Shown: positions 27,112 through 36,011 of the stretch, in pieces
Layout: each line of letters starts with the position of its first letter
Position numbering within the stretch: position 1 is the stretch's first letter
Origin: Polyangiaceae bacterium
Lineage (GTDB): Bacteria > Myxococcota_A > Polyangia > Polyangiales > Polyangiaceae
NCBI GenBank assembly: GCA_965222375.1
Contig: CBDCTZ010000012.1
Location: 128,001-192,000 of the forward strand
Length of the DNA: 64,000 bases
Direction of reading: 5' to 3'
The notes under the pieces: generated by a model
What the model saw: the letters and a program-made list of their open reading frames with translations, nothing else
Told to the model about the DNA's origin: nothing
Database searches by the model: none
Made by a program: the position numbers and the translations under genes

Positions 27112-28074
27112 ATGACTGAGCCGCGTGAACATCCCGTCGTCATCGTGGGCTCCGGCCCCGCGGGGCTGACGGCTGCCATCTATGCCGCCCGGGCGAATCT
27201 GAAGCCGGTCTGCGTGGAGGGCTTCAGCGCTGGCGGCTTGGTTCCTGGCGGTCAGTTGATGTTCACCACGGAGATCGAGAACTATCCGGGGTTTCCGAAG
27301 GGGATCACTGGGCAGGATTTGATGCAGGCCTTTCGCGATCAAGCGGAGCACCAAGGGGTCGAGCTGATCACGGCGGACGTGCAGAAAGTCGACCTCTCTT
27401 CGCGGCCGTTCAAGGTGTGGGTGGGCGAGGAAGAAAACGAGCTGCACCTGGCCCAGGCGTTGATCATCGCGACCGGGGCGCGTGCCAACTATCTCGGCTT
27501 GGAAAGCGAAGAGAAACTCAAGAACAAGGGCGTGAGCGCCTGCGCGGTCTGCGATGGCGCGCTCTTCCGCGGCGAGGACGTCGTCGTGGTCGGTGGCGGG
27601 GACGCAGCCATGGAAGAGGCGACGTACCTCGCTGGCCTGTGCAAGAGTGTCACCATCATTCATCGACGTGACGAGTTTCGCGCGAGCTACGCCATGCAAC
27701 AGCGCGCCTTCGCTCACCCGAAGATCCAGGTGCTGAGGAGCTCTGTCGTGGATGAAGTGCTCGACCCGGATCAGGACAAGGTGACGGGCGTGCGCGCGCG
27801 GGATGTGAAGAGCGGCGAGGTGCGTGATATCGATTGCGCCGCCATGTTCGTGGCCATCGGACACACGCCTCTGACAGAGCTCTTTGTCGGGCAACTGGAG
27901 CTGCATGACAACGGCTACCTGCGGACCACCCCCGGAACGTCGAAGACCAGCGTTCCGGGGGTGTTTGCCGCAGGAGACGTTGCGGATTTCGTCTATCGTC
28001 AGGCCGTTACGGCCGCGGGTACGGGCTGCATGGCAGCTCTGGACGCCGAACGCTTCTTGAAGCACCAAGGATGA
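27112..28074 (+). CDS. trxB: Thioredoxin-disulfide reductase
   Basis: GSGPAG, GGQL..TTEIENYPG, active site SACAVCDG, GGGDAAMEEA, GVFAAGDV, YRQAVTAAGTGC. Confidence 0.97.
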   Translation: MTEPREHPVVIVGSGPAGLTAAIYAARANLKPVCVEGFSAGGLVPGGQLMFTTEIENYPGFPKGITGQDLMQAFRDQAEHQGVELITADVQKVDLSSRPFKVWVGEEENELHLAQALIIATGARANYLGLESEEKLKNKGVSACAVCDGALFRGEDVVVVGGGDAAMEEATYLAGLCKSVTIIHRRDEFRASYAMQQRAFAHPKIQVLRSSVVDEVLDPDQDKVTGVRARDVKSGEVRDIDCAAMFVAIGHTPLTELFVGQLELHDNGYLRTTPGTSKTSVPGVFAAGDVADFVYRQAVTAAGTGCMAALDAERFLKHQG

Positions 28075-28086
28075 ACAGGCGCTTTC

Positions 28087-28950
28087 ATGACTGACGAGAC
28101 TTCAGAACTGCGCGCGTTGACCCAGGCGCTGCGTGCTCACATCGAGTGGCAGGCCGCCACCGGCGCTACAGGCGTGAAGCCGGCGAGCCCCGAACTACGC
28201 GCCGAGCGTGGAGCGGTTGCCCCGCCCGCACTGCCTGCCGAGGACCCGGTCTCGGCGCAGCCTGTCGCGTCGAGTCGACCCGGCGGGCAGACCCAGCAAG
28301 CGCCGCGCAAACAGGCACCCGCCCCGCCTGCCGCCGTACCCCCGGAAGCCCGAGTGCTCGCTCCCGAGGAACGCGTCGCGGCCCTTTCGGTCATTCAGGC
28401 CGAGGTCGAGGCTTGCGAAGCTTGCGGACTGCACACCTTGCGAGCGAACACGGTGTTCGCTCGCGGCAACGGCAGCGTCGGCGTGTGCTTTGTAGGCGAG
28501 GGACCAGGTGCGGAAGAAGACGCACAAGGACTACCCTTCGTCGGCAAGGCGGGCCAGCTTCTGGACAAGATGATTGCCGCGATGGGCTTGGATCGCAACG
28601 AGGTCTACGTCGCCAACATCGTCAAGTGCCGCCCGCCAAAGAACCGCAAGCCCGAGCCTGACGAGATGCAAGCCTGTCGCGGCTACCTGGAGCGCCAACT
28701 GGACATCCTGCAGCCCGCCGTGATCGTGGCGCTGGGCGCCACGGCCGTGCAAGGTTTGCTCGGTACCTCTCAGGGCATCACTCGGCTGCGAGGAAACTGG
28801 AAGTTATATCAGGGACGTACTGCGGTGATGCCCACGTTCCACCCCGCCTACTTGCTGCGCAACCCGCGTGCGAAGCGGGACGTCTGGGAAGATCTCAAAG
28901 CGGTGCTCAGACACATGGGTCGCCCGCTTCCGGAAAAGAAGTCGTCTTGA
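28087..28950 (+). CDS. Uracil-DNA glycosylase family 4 (4Fe-4S)
   Basis: CEACGL, VGEGPG, PFVGKAG, NIVKCRPPKNR, TFHPAYLLR. Confidence 0.95.
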   Translation: MTDETSELRALTQALRAHIEWQAATGATGVKPASPELRAERGAVAPPALPAEDPVSAQPVASSRPGGQTQQAPRKQAPAPPAAVPPEARVLAPEERVAALSVIQAEVEACEACGLHTLRANTVFARGNGSVGVCFVGEGPGAEEDAQGLPFVGKAGQLLDKMIAAMGLDRNEVYVANIVKCRPPKNRKPEPDEMQACRGYLERQLDILQPAVIVALGATAVQGLLGTSQGITRLRGNWKLYQGRTAVMPTFHPAYLLRNPRAKRDVWEDLKAVLRHMGRPLPEKKSS

Positions 28951-29546
28951 AGGAGAGCGCGGGTTCGGGCGCGAGCGAGACCGCGGGCGTGGGCATGGGC
29001 GCGGGCGGGAGCGAGAGCGTGGGGGCGAGCGAGAGCGAGGGCGCAGGCGTGGATGCGAGTACGGGCACGAGTACGAGCACGATTCTGGGGTGGGTGGTGC
29101 GGGGGCTGCTGGTCTTGGTGGGGATCGGGCCGTTTCTGCCAGGGCTCACCCAGGGCGCGCCGGGGCTCTCGCTGATTGGTGACGGGTTTGCGGTGTGGTT
29201 CGACTTTCAGTGTCATCGCGAGCCCGAGCGCAGCTTGAGCTTGCTCGGACAAGTCTTGCCCGTGTGTTCGCGTTGTTTTGGGATCTACCTCGGTCTAGGG
29301 CTCGGAGCGCTCATCATGCGCCCGCGGCTCGGCCTGTGGCCGCTACGGATCTGGGTGGGAACTGCGGCGCTAGTGATGGTGCTCGATGTCGCGACGGAGC
29401 TCTTGGGTATGCGTCCAGAATGGGCGCCCCTGCGGCTGATCACAGGGCTCTTGCTAGCCTACCCGGTGGGCGCAGCTGTCGTACGTGCTGCTCGTGGCGA
29501 GAGCCTCGAAGCGGCGGAGCCCGCGGTTCAGAGCCCGAAGACGTAG
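28947..29546 (+). CDS. DUF2085-like membrane protein; N-terminus formed by a hexamer repeat tract (true start uncertain)
   Basis: QCHREPERSL....LPVCSRCFGIYLG and LRLITGLL motifs. Confidence 0.75.
   Translation: MKESAGSGASETAGVGMGAGGSESVGASESEGAGVDASTGTSTSTILGWVVRGLLVLVGIGPFLPGLTQGAPGLSLIGDGFAVWFDFQCHREPERSLSLLGQVLPVCSRCFGIYLGLGLGALIMRPRLGLWPLRIWVGTAALVMVLDVATELLGMRPEWAPLRLITGLLLAYPVGAAVVRAARGESLEAAEPAVQSPKT
28953..29084 (+). repeat. Imperfect 6-nt tandem repeat tract (GNGRGC), 22 units
   Basis: gagagc gcgggt tcgggc gcgagc ... gcgagt acgggc acgagt acgagc acgatt. Confidence 0.8.
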
Positions 29547-31285
29547 CCGAGACTGGGCTGAATCACCTGGCCCGTGGTCGGCAGCATGAACATGATGTTC
29601 ACGTTGAGCTGCAGACCGCTGTTCGGTGACAGGGCGTACATCGCGCCGCCGCCTACGGTGACGAAGCTCTGGCCGAGCTTCTTGTAGGCGTCGAGCTCAA
29701 GGGGGGCACCCTGGGCAGCGCCGCGAGAACAAGCTTCGTACTTCACAGACGTGAGATCTGGGTTCTTCTGGCCGTCGGCGCAGTCGCGCACGGTGACGGG
29801 GAGTTTCGCGTCGACCTGGGCCACGCCGCCGCCGACGTGGATGTACGGACGTAGCCCCGTCTTGACGAAAGGTTCCTTGCCGAACCAGTAGCTGCCACGC
29901 AGTTCACCGTGGATGGGTAGGAACTTCACGTCCTTGTTGGCGCCCGCGGCTGGGCCACCGCCAATGGCGAAGCCGGCACGCGCGCCGATGGCGATGTTCT
30001 TGGTGAACACGCGGTCGAAGGAGAGCATGAAGCGCGTGGTGGCTGGGGCGATGCCGGTGCTGATCTTGTTGGCGACGCCCGGTTGGGGATTGAAGAGGTA
30101 TTGATCCTCGGTGCCTTTGTAGAAGCAGGCGAAGCCCTCGTTGTTCTGGCTGGCTTGGGAACACACGTCCGAGCCGCCGACGATGGCCAGGTCTTGCGCG
30201 ACGTGGAGGCCGAACCAGTTCTTCTTCCAGGGGCCGCTGGGCCCGCCGTCCTCGTCGCCTGCGCACACGCCGGCGTCACACTCGCCAGAGGGGCAATCCT
30301 CGTCGACGTCGCAACTCTGCGCCGTCTCACAGGTGCCATTGAGGCAGGCCAGACCGGACTGACACTCGCTGGTCGCAGCACAACTGGAACCCCAAGCTTT
30401 GTTGCCTCGCCCGACACCGCTCTTGCAGCCCGGGAAGTCCGGCGGACATTCAACTGCGTCTTCACAGCGCTTCGGCGGATCCTTGTCCGGATAGGCCGGC
30501 GGTTCCTTGTCCGTCTTGCCCACGATATCGATGTTCACCGGCTTGCTCTTGCTGCCGAAGCTGTCAATGACGTCGCCCGCCGCGTCTTGGGCGCGAATGT
30601 AGATGCGCAATTTGCCGGCCAGCATCGTGGCGGAGCAGGGGACTTCGCCTTGGAAGAAGTCACCACGCTTCTTCATCTTCACGGTCTTCCACTTCTCCCC
30701 GCCGAATTCCTTGTAGCGGAGTTCGGCTTTGACCGCGTCTTCCTCGGTGGTGCAGGTGAGAGGGATGGGGCGCCGACTCTCGACTTCCGTCAGCTCGGGC
30801 TGACAGTCCATTTCGCCAACCACATCGGCCGTCCCAGTGGGCTTCTTGCCGCCAGTTCCACCGCCACTGCCGCCGGCGGCGGTGGTGCCGCCAGTGCCCG
30901 CAGAGGACCCGGCCACCGCGGCGAAGGCCTTCTTGGTGTCGGCGGTTGCCAGGGCATCATCCAATTTGACGTTGGCATCCGCCGCGACGGCCTTCTTGAA
31001 CGCTTCCGTGGCGCCTGCGGCGTCGTTCTTGCCGCTGCCGCGCACGATGCCGACATACATCCAGGCTCGCGCGATCACGCTTCCACTGCATTTATCGCCG
31101 CAGGCTTTGATGGTCCCGGTCAAGACGGCTTCAGCCTTGTCGAAGTCTGTGGCGAGGTAGTGGACGTTGATGGCCTCGTCGACTTTCTTGTTGGCGGCCG
31201 CGTCACGCGGGGCGGCGCTGGCAGACGCACCAAGCAAGAGGACGAGAGCGAGGCAAAGGATAAAGCTCAGACGGCGGCGTTGCAC
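29528..31285 (-). CDS. Secreted multi-domain protein (helical N-terminus, Cys-rich middle, C-terminal beta-barrel-like domain)
   Basis: Signal peptide, TPR-like helices, CPPDFPGC..C..C repeats, alternating beta-strands ending QPSLGYVFGL. Confidence 0.7.
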   Translation of the reverse strand: MQRRRLSFILCLALVLLLGASASAAPRDAAANKKVDEAINVHYLATDFDKAEAVLTGTIKACGDKCSGSVIARAWMYVGIVRGSGKNDAAGATEAFKKAVAADANVKLDDALATADTKKAFAAVAGSSAGTGGTTAAGGSGGGTGGKKPTGTADVVGEMDCQPELTEVESRRPIPLTCTTEEDAVKAELRYKEFGGEKWKTVKMKKRGDFFQGEVPCSATMLAGKLRIYIRAQDAAGDVIDSFGSKSKPVNIDIVGKTDKEPPAYPDKDPPKRCEDAVECPPDFPGCKSGVGRGNKAWGSSCAATSECQSGLACLNGTCETAQSCDVDEDCPSGECDAGVCAGDEDGGPSGPWKKNWFGLHVAQDLAIVGGSDVCSQASQNNEGFACFYKGTEDQYLFNPQPGVANKISTGIAPATTRFMLSFDRVFTKNIAIGARAGFAIGGGPAAGANKDVKFLPIHGELRGSYWFGKEPFVKTGLRPYIHVGGGVAQVDAKLPVTVRDCADGQKNPDLTSVKYEACSRGAAQGAPLELDAYKKLGQSFVTVGGGAMYALSPNSGLQLNVNIMFMLPTTGQVIQPSLGYVFGL

Positions 31286-31366
31286 GGATCGGGTTCTCCA
31301 AGAAGCGTGAGGCAGAGGGTGGGTCGTTGGGACGGTGACCGCGGCAGAGCGTGCCGCGGAGCAGCG

Positions 31367-32515
31367 TCACTTCTTGCCGGAGGTCGGGGGGCAGCCGGGC
31401 TTCGAGCCTTCGGTGCGTACGAACTGCACGCGCCGGTTCAGCGCCATGTTTTGTGGTGAGGTGTTTGGAACGAGGGGGCGGTCGAAGCCGTAGCCCTTCG
31501 AGGTGAGACGGCCCGCCGATACTCCGTGAGACACCAAGTACTTCATGACGGAACCCGCGCGGCGGTCGGATAGACGTTTGTTGTAACGGGCGCTGCCACG
31601 GTTGTCCGTGTGGCCTTGAACCTCGATCTTGATCGCCGGGAGCTTCTCCAGCACCTCGACCACGGCGTCGAGCACCGGGTAGCTCTCTCGGCGAATCCTG
31701 GCCTTGTTGTAGGCGAAGTGGATCTGCTGGGTGATCTTGACCTCGCAGTCCGTGACCACCACCAGCGCAGGCTTCGTCGGGCAGCCGAGGGGCTGCTTGG
31801 TGGACGAGCCGATCTCGTTCGGACACTGATCCTTGAGGTCGGGCACCTTGTCTTGGTCGTTGTCCAGGTCGGGACAACCATCGTCGTCCTCGTAGCCGTC
31901 TGGATCTTCCGGCTTCAGGGGACACTTGTCTTTCACGTCCAGGATCGTGTCCAGGTCGTTGTCGATGTCCGGGCAACCGTCGTCGTCGAGATAGCCGTCC
32001 TTGTCCTCGGGCTCGAGCACGCAGGAATCAACCGAGTCGGTCAGGCCATCGCCATCGGTGTCGGGATCGTCCGGGCAGCCGTCTTCATCCTTGAAGGAGT
32101 TGAAGTTCTCGGGCTCGTCCGGGCAAGAATCCTCGGGATCCAGGTAGCCGTCGCCGTCCCGGTCGCCGGGGCGGGGCTTGAGCTTCTTCGGCATTTCCAC
32201 GAAACCGCGCTCCGCGCAGTACTGCGGAGGCGACAGGAACAACGCCGCGCGAGCGTTGGGCTCTGCTCGCCATAGGTGGCGTTTGGCCTTCGAGATGAAA
32301 CCCTGCTCCAGCTCGATGGAGGCAAACTTGAGATGGCTCTGAGCCAGGGCGAGCTCTCGAGGCGCGCAGCGAATGGCGCCGTTGGCCTCAGCTTGTTTGG
32401 CGATCTTCTGAAGCCCCTCGATGTCGCCACGCACCTTGGGCGCCTGCCCGCAACCCGCGAACACGGTGAAGACGACGGCCACGAGTGCGAGCACCCGGCG
32501 TGAGAGCAAGCTCAT
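31367..32515 (-). CDS. OmpA-family lipoprotein with thrombospondin type-3 Ca-binding repeats
   Basis: Lipobox FAGC; DRDGDG/DGCPD repeats; IEVQGHTD..GS..YN..LS.RRA and NRRVQF. Confidence 0.92.
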   Translation of the reverse strand: MSLLSRRVLALVAVVFTVFAGCGQAPKVRGDIEGLQKIAKQAEANGAIRCAPRELALAQSHLKFASIELEQGFISKAKRHLWRAEPNARAALFLSPPQYCAERGFVEMPKKLKPRPGDRDGDGYLDPEDSCPDEPENFNSFKDEDGCPDDPDTDGDGLTDSVDSCVLEPEDKDGYLDDDGCPDIDNDLDTILDVKDKCPLKPEDPDGYEDDDGCPDLDNDQDKVPDLKDQCPNEIGSSTKQPLGCPTKPALVVVTDCEVKITQQIHFAYNKARIRRESYPVLDAVVEVLEKLPAIKIEVQGHTDNRGSARYNKRLSDRRAGSVMKYLVSHGVSAGRLTSKGYGFDRPLVPNTSPQNMALNRRVQFVRTEGSKPGCPPTSGKK

Positions 32516-32865
32516 CGGCCGCCTCCCTGATGGGCGTCGCGAGTCAGCGTGATCGCCTTGTCGGCGTACTCCTCTGCCGTCTCTGCCAAGTTGGAAGCGT
32601 CGCTGTAGTCGGCCTCTGCGGCTTCCGTCTGCGCTTTCGCCAAGTGTGCTCGAGCGTAGTAGTACTCATAGGGCGCGTACTCTTCGGCACCGAGCGCTTT
32701 GGCTTCTTCGAGCTTGCTCGCTGCCGAATTCGCCTGGATTGCGTAGATGGTGTTGCCGCAACCGGTGGTCACCAGGCCGATGACCACGAGCGCCCAAGCG
32801 CTCCGCCTCGATCCGTAGAGAAAACCCTGCGGAATGTTTCGATGTTTGCCCGTGTCTTCGCCCAT
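32512..32865 (-). CDS. DUF4398-like lipoprotein
   Basis: Lipobox TTGC; AKALGAEEYAPYEYYYARAHLAKA; 4-bp overlap with the OmpA gene. Confidence 0.75.
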   Translation of the reverse strand: MGEDTGKHRNIPQGFLYGSRRSAWALVVIGLVTTGCGNTIYAIQANSAASKLEEAKALGAEEYAPYEYYYARAHLAKAQTEAAEADYSDASNLAETAEEYADKAITLTRDAHQGGGR

Positions 32866-33003
32866 CCGACGCCCTCGGCCCGAGGTCCGAAATCTCGCCT
32901 CGCTGGGACGCTAGCAACGGGCGGATTATCCCGTCAACAACCGATGAAACGAGCCCCAAATCCCTCGTGCCCTGAGCAGGTTTTCAGCGTCGATTTTTGG
33001 TGG

Positions 33004-33070
33004 GTGGGCGCAAGGGCGGGGGTGAGGGCGGGCGCGGGCGTGAGGGCGAGCGCGGGCGTGGGCGTGGGCG
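33004..33070 (+). repeat. Imperfect 6-nt tandem repeat tract (GYGRGS)
   Basis: gtgggc gcaagg gcgggg gtgagg gcgggc gcgggc gtgagg gcgagc gcgggc gtgggc gtgggc; 33022-33040 is the exact reverse complement of 26913-26931. Confidence 0.75.
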
Positions 33071-33072
33071 GT

Positions 33073-33461
33073 TGCCCCAGTTAGTTCACGACGGATCAGC
33101 TCTTTAGCAGCCACCTAAGCCAGCAGAGCGACCGGGGCCGGGGCCCGGAGCGAGGGGGCGCGGCGGGAAGTGACTCAGCTCCGCCCAGGGACGCCTGCGC
33201 TCTGTGGTGCAACCGCGTGCCGCGAAAACGACCCTTCCCCCGCAATCGGTACCCCGTGAGGCAGCGCAGGAGGCGCGCAGTACACGGATCGCACGCGAGG
33301 CCCCGTGGGTCCGGCGCTACTGGGCCTCGCAGGCCCACGCAAAAACATCCCACGCGCACCAGATTGTTCACGCGGCCTCGAGCCCACGCACAACCATCCC
33401 ACGTGCCCCAGCTAGTTCACGACGCGTCTGCCCTTTAGCAAGACGCTACCCAGCACAAGCG
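33073..33461. repeat. Non-coding element bounded by ~58-bp direct repeats with an internal ~50-bp tandem duplication
   Basis: TGCCCCAG(T/C)TAGTTCACGACG-N8-CTTTAGCA-N5-CTA..CAGCA at 33073-33130 and 33404-33461; tandem units 33323-33373 and 33374-33423. Confidence 0.75.
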
Positions 33462-33582
33462 CGCCAACTCCGCCTGCGAAGAACTCTCGATGACGGACTC
33501 CGCGCGCCATCCCCCAAACAACCAAAAGCAAAACGCGCCCGGGATGAGACCCGAGCGCGTTTTGGACCCGTAGGTAGGAGGC

Positions 33583-34215
33583 TTATAGCTGGCGGAATAC
33601 GCCGATGACTTTGCCGAGCAGCATGGTGGACTTGAAGTCCGTGGCACGCACGAGGATCGGCGCCATCTGAGCGTTGGCGGGCTGGAAACGGACATAGTCC
33701 CGCTCGGGGTAGTAGTACTTCACCGTGGCTTCATCACCGATGAGCGCGACTACGATGTCGCCGCGGTCGGCCGTGGCCTGCTTTTTCACGAAGATGTAGT
33801 CCCCGCTGAAGATCCCAGCCTCGATCATGGAGTCACCGGTGACTTTGAGGCCGAAGACGTCGCGGCCGCCCCGAACCATCATGCGGTCGACGCGCACGCT
33901 GTCGACGACCTGCTCTTCCGCGAGCAGGGGCAGGCCAGCTGCTACGCGGCCGAGCACCTTGATCTCGATGAGATCGTCGTCGGACGTTTGAGCGGGAGTG
34001 TCGTCGTGGACCAACTTGAGGGCGCGACTCTTCATGTCCTCGCGGCGCAAGTAGCCTTTGCGCTCGAGAGCACGCAGATGGTCGTTGACGCCATTCGTGC
34101 TCTTGATGCCCATGTGTTCACCGATTTCTCGGAGGGTGGGCGGATAGCCTCGCTCGTGGATGGAGCTGCGGATGAAAGAAAGAGTCTGTTCCTGGCGCTT
34201 CGTGAGACCTTGCAT
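33583..34215 (-). CDS. lexA: SOS repressor LexA
   Basis: [15 protein letters not shown] wHTH, VAAGLP Ala-Gly cleavage site, GDSM (Ser), ATVK (Lys); ATG at 34215. Confidence 0.97.
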   Translation of the reverse strand: MQGLTKRQEQTLSFIRSSIHERGYPPTLREIGEHMGIKSTNGVNDHLRALERKGYLRREDMKSRALKLVHDDTPAQTSDDDLIEIKVLGRVAAGLPLLAEEQVVDSVRVDRMMVRGGRDVFGLKVTGDSMIEAGIFSGDYIFVKKQATADRGDIVVALIGDEATVKYYYPERDYVRFQPANAQMAPILVRATDFKSTMLLGKVIGVFRQL

Positions 34216-34224
34216 GACCCCAAC

Positions 34225-34253
34225 ACGATACTGAACGGGTGTAGGCCCGTCAA
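34225..34253 (-). promoter_or_regulatory. lexA promoter (TTGACG-17-TATCGT) with a candidate LexA operator CTACAC-N2-GTTCAG in the spacer (34231-34244)
   Basis: Minus strand reads TTGACG ggcctacacccgttcag TATCGT gttggggtc ATG. Confidence 0.6.
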
Positions 34254-34257
34254 ATTC

Positions 34258-34396
34258 TGTGCCCATGTTGTGGAAGGCTTTGTGAAAAGCTGGGTACTTT
34301 CGGCGACTTACATGGTCCTACAAAAGCCCACCCCGCAGGCGGTTCCGCCACCCCGCCAACAAAAACCACCACTTGGGCATCAACCTTTTATCCACA
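34258..34396. promoter_or_regulatory. DnaA-box cluster
   Basis: Perfect TTATCCACA at 34388-34396; degenerate oppositely oriented boxes TGTGGAAGG (34269-77) and TGTGAAAAG (34281-89) 12 bp apart. Confidence 0.5.
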
Positions 34397-34551
34397 GCTG
34401 TCAACTCTGTTCACCGTGCACATCGGACCACTGGCCGCCAATGCACCCCTGATCACGGATTCCGGGAGGGATGTTCCGTGTTAGCGCAACTCATGATTCG
34501 GCGGGTGCGCGCCACGCGCCGAGTTGCCGCCTGTAGGCACCTCGCGTGGCG

Positions 34552-35016
34552 TTAGAACTTGCCGGTGATGCTCAGGAAGGTGAGCTTGTCAGTGGTGTCG
34601 CGCAGGCGACCGACGAGCATGCGCACGAAGCTCCAGAGGACTTCGTAGGCCAGGTCTTTGTGCAAGAAGAGCAGATCGTCGAAGGCGTCTTTGGGGATCG
34701 CGAGCACCCGGCAGCGTTCGTGGACGCGTGCGTCGGCGCTACGCGGAGACTCGTCCAATAGCGCCATCTCCCCGAAAATCTCGCCGGGCCCGAGGATTGC
34801 CAGGGCTTCTTCGCCCATCCCGGGGACTTCCCGGCTGATGCGCACCCGCCCCTCGAGAATGAGGTATAGTTTGTCCCCGGCGTCGCCGTGCTGGAAGATC
34901 TTGGTACCCGACGTGTGCGCCTCTTCGGTCGCGATACGCGCGATCAGCTCAAGCGCTTGGGGCTTCAGCCCCTCGAACAGCGAGATCTTCTGGAGCTGTT
35001 CGACCCGTTCATTCAT
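34552..35016 (-). CDS. Stand-alone cyclic nucleotide-binding domain protein
   Basis: IFQHGDAGDKLYLILEGRV, GEIFGEMALLDESPRSADA. Confidence 0.9.
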   Translation of the reverse strand: MNERVEQLQKISLFEGLKPQALELIARIATEEAHTSGTKIFQHGDAGDKLYLILEGRVRISREVPGMGEEALAILGPGEIFGEMALLDESPRSADARVHERCRVLAIPKDAFDDLLFLHKDLAYEVLWSFVRMLVGRLRDTTDKLTFLSITGKF

Positions 35017-35075
35017 GAAGCGCCGAGCTTAGCTGGGTTTTGCCTGGAGCGGAACTTATCCGAATTGTCCTAGCT

Positions 35076-36011
35076 TCAGCGGGTGAAGCGGACACGGATG
35101 GGGGGGGTGCTCTTGACGGTGGGTTTGCCGTTGGCGTCGAGGCCTGGTGTGTAGCGCTTGCGCATGGCGCAGCTGCGCGCCAAACGTCCGAAGCCGTGGC
35201 CGGGATCGGATAGCACGGAGACCCGCTTGGCTCGGCCATTGGTACCCACGGTCACCGCCAGGGTGACGATGCCGTAGTCCACCTGGTCCATATCGGCTTC
35301 CGGGGGGAAACCGCAGTCATTCCAGCTGCCGCCGCCCAAGAGCCCCGCGGGTCGGCTGAGCTTCTTCTTGGGTCGACCGGATGGTTTGCCGGTGCCGGGC
35401 TTGGTGCCCTTGCCGCCAGGTACGCCGCCCTTCTTCGCTTTGCGATTACGCACGGCGGTCTTGCTGGTGCCGTCGGATGCGGTGGTGCCTCCGGCGTAGC
35501 GATCTCCACTGCCGGTGACGAAACCTTTGTCCGTGAGATCCAAGGGCGCGTCGGGATCTGGTTCGGCGGTGAGCACTTTGCCCGCCTCGGCGGCCTCTGG
35601 CGGGTTGTCGACGTAAGGATTGTCCGACGAGGGCTCTTCCTCAGCTTCTTGTTTGACGACGGGTTTGTCTTCTTCTTCGGGCTCGGGCAGAGGCTCTTCA
35701 GGCACTTCCGCCTCCGGCGCTGGTTCCATGTCCACGGCAAAGGTTGCGGCCATGCGCTCGGTGACACCTTGATCCACGATGGCGGCAAAGCGTGACAGAT
35801 GAACCAACGTCCTGAGGCCTCTGGCACCAGCGGCACCATGCACGAAGAGTGCGCCAGCCAGGCCAATTAGGATGCCGACACGCACCTGGCGCCGACCCAG
35901 AGCAAAGATGGGAGCTAGAGGGTCGGTGGATCCCGGTTGCCGCATCGCCTTGCCCACTGCCTTTTCGGCGCGGCGCTCGGAGCTGGGGCTGTCGGTATCG
36001 AGCAGGGTCAT
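35076..36011 (-). CDS. TonB-family energy transducer
   Basis: TM anchor with VH motif, Pro/Glu-rich linker, TonB C-terminal domain (FPPEA..G.VTLAVTV..NG..YTPG); downstream of exbB/exbD. Confidence 0.85.
   Translation of the reverse strand: MTLLDTDSPSSERRAEKAVGKAMRQPGSTDPLAPIFALGRRQVRVGILIGLAGALFVHGAAGARGLRTLVHLSRFAAIVDQGVTERMAATFAVDMEPAPEAEVPEEPLPEPEEEDKPVVKQEAEEEPSSDNPYVDNPPEAAEAGKVLTAEPDPDAPLDLTDKGFVTGSGDRYAGGTTASDGTSKTAVRNRKAKKGGVPGGKGTKPGTGKPSGRPKKKLSRPAGLLGGGSWNDCGFPPEADMDQVDYGIVTLAVTVGTNGRAKRVSVLSDPGHGFGRLARSCAMRKRYTPGLDANGKPTVKSTPPIRVRFTR

Noticed and set aside
34258..34420. Chromosomal origin oriC
   Set aside because: Only one perfect DnaA box, no clear AT-rich unwinding element, and no dnaA/dnaN/gidA nearby; kept only as a regulatory candidate.
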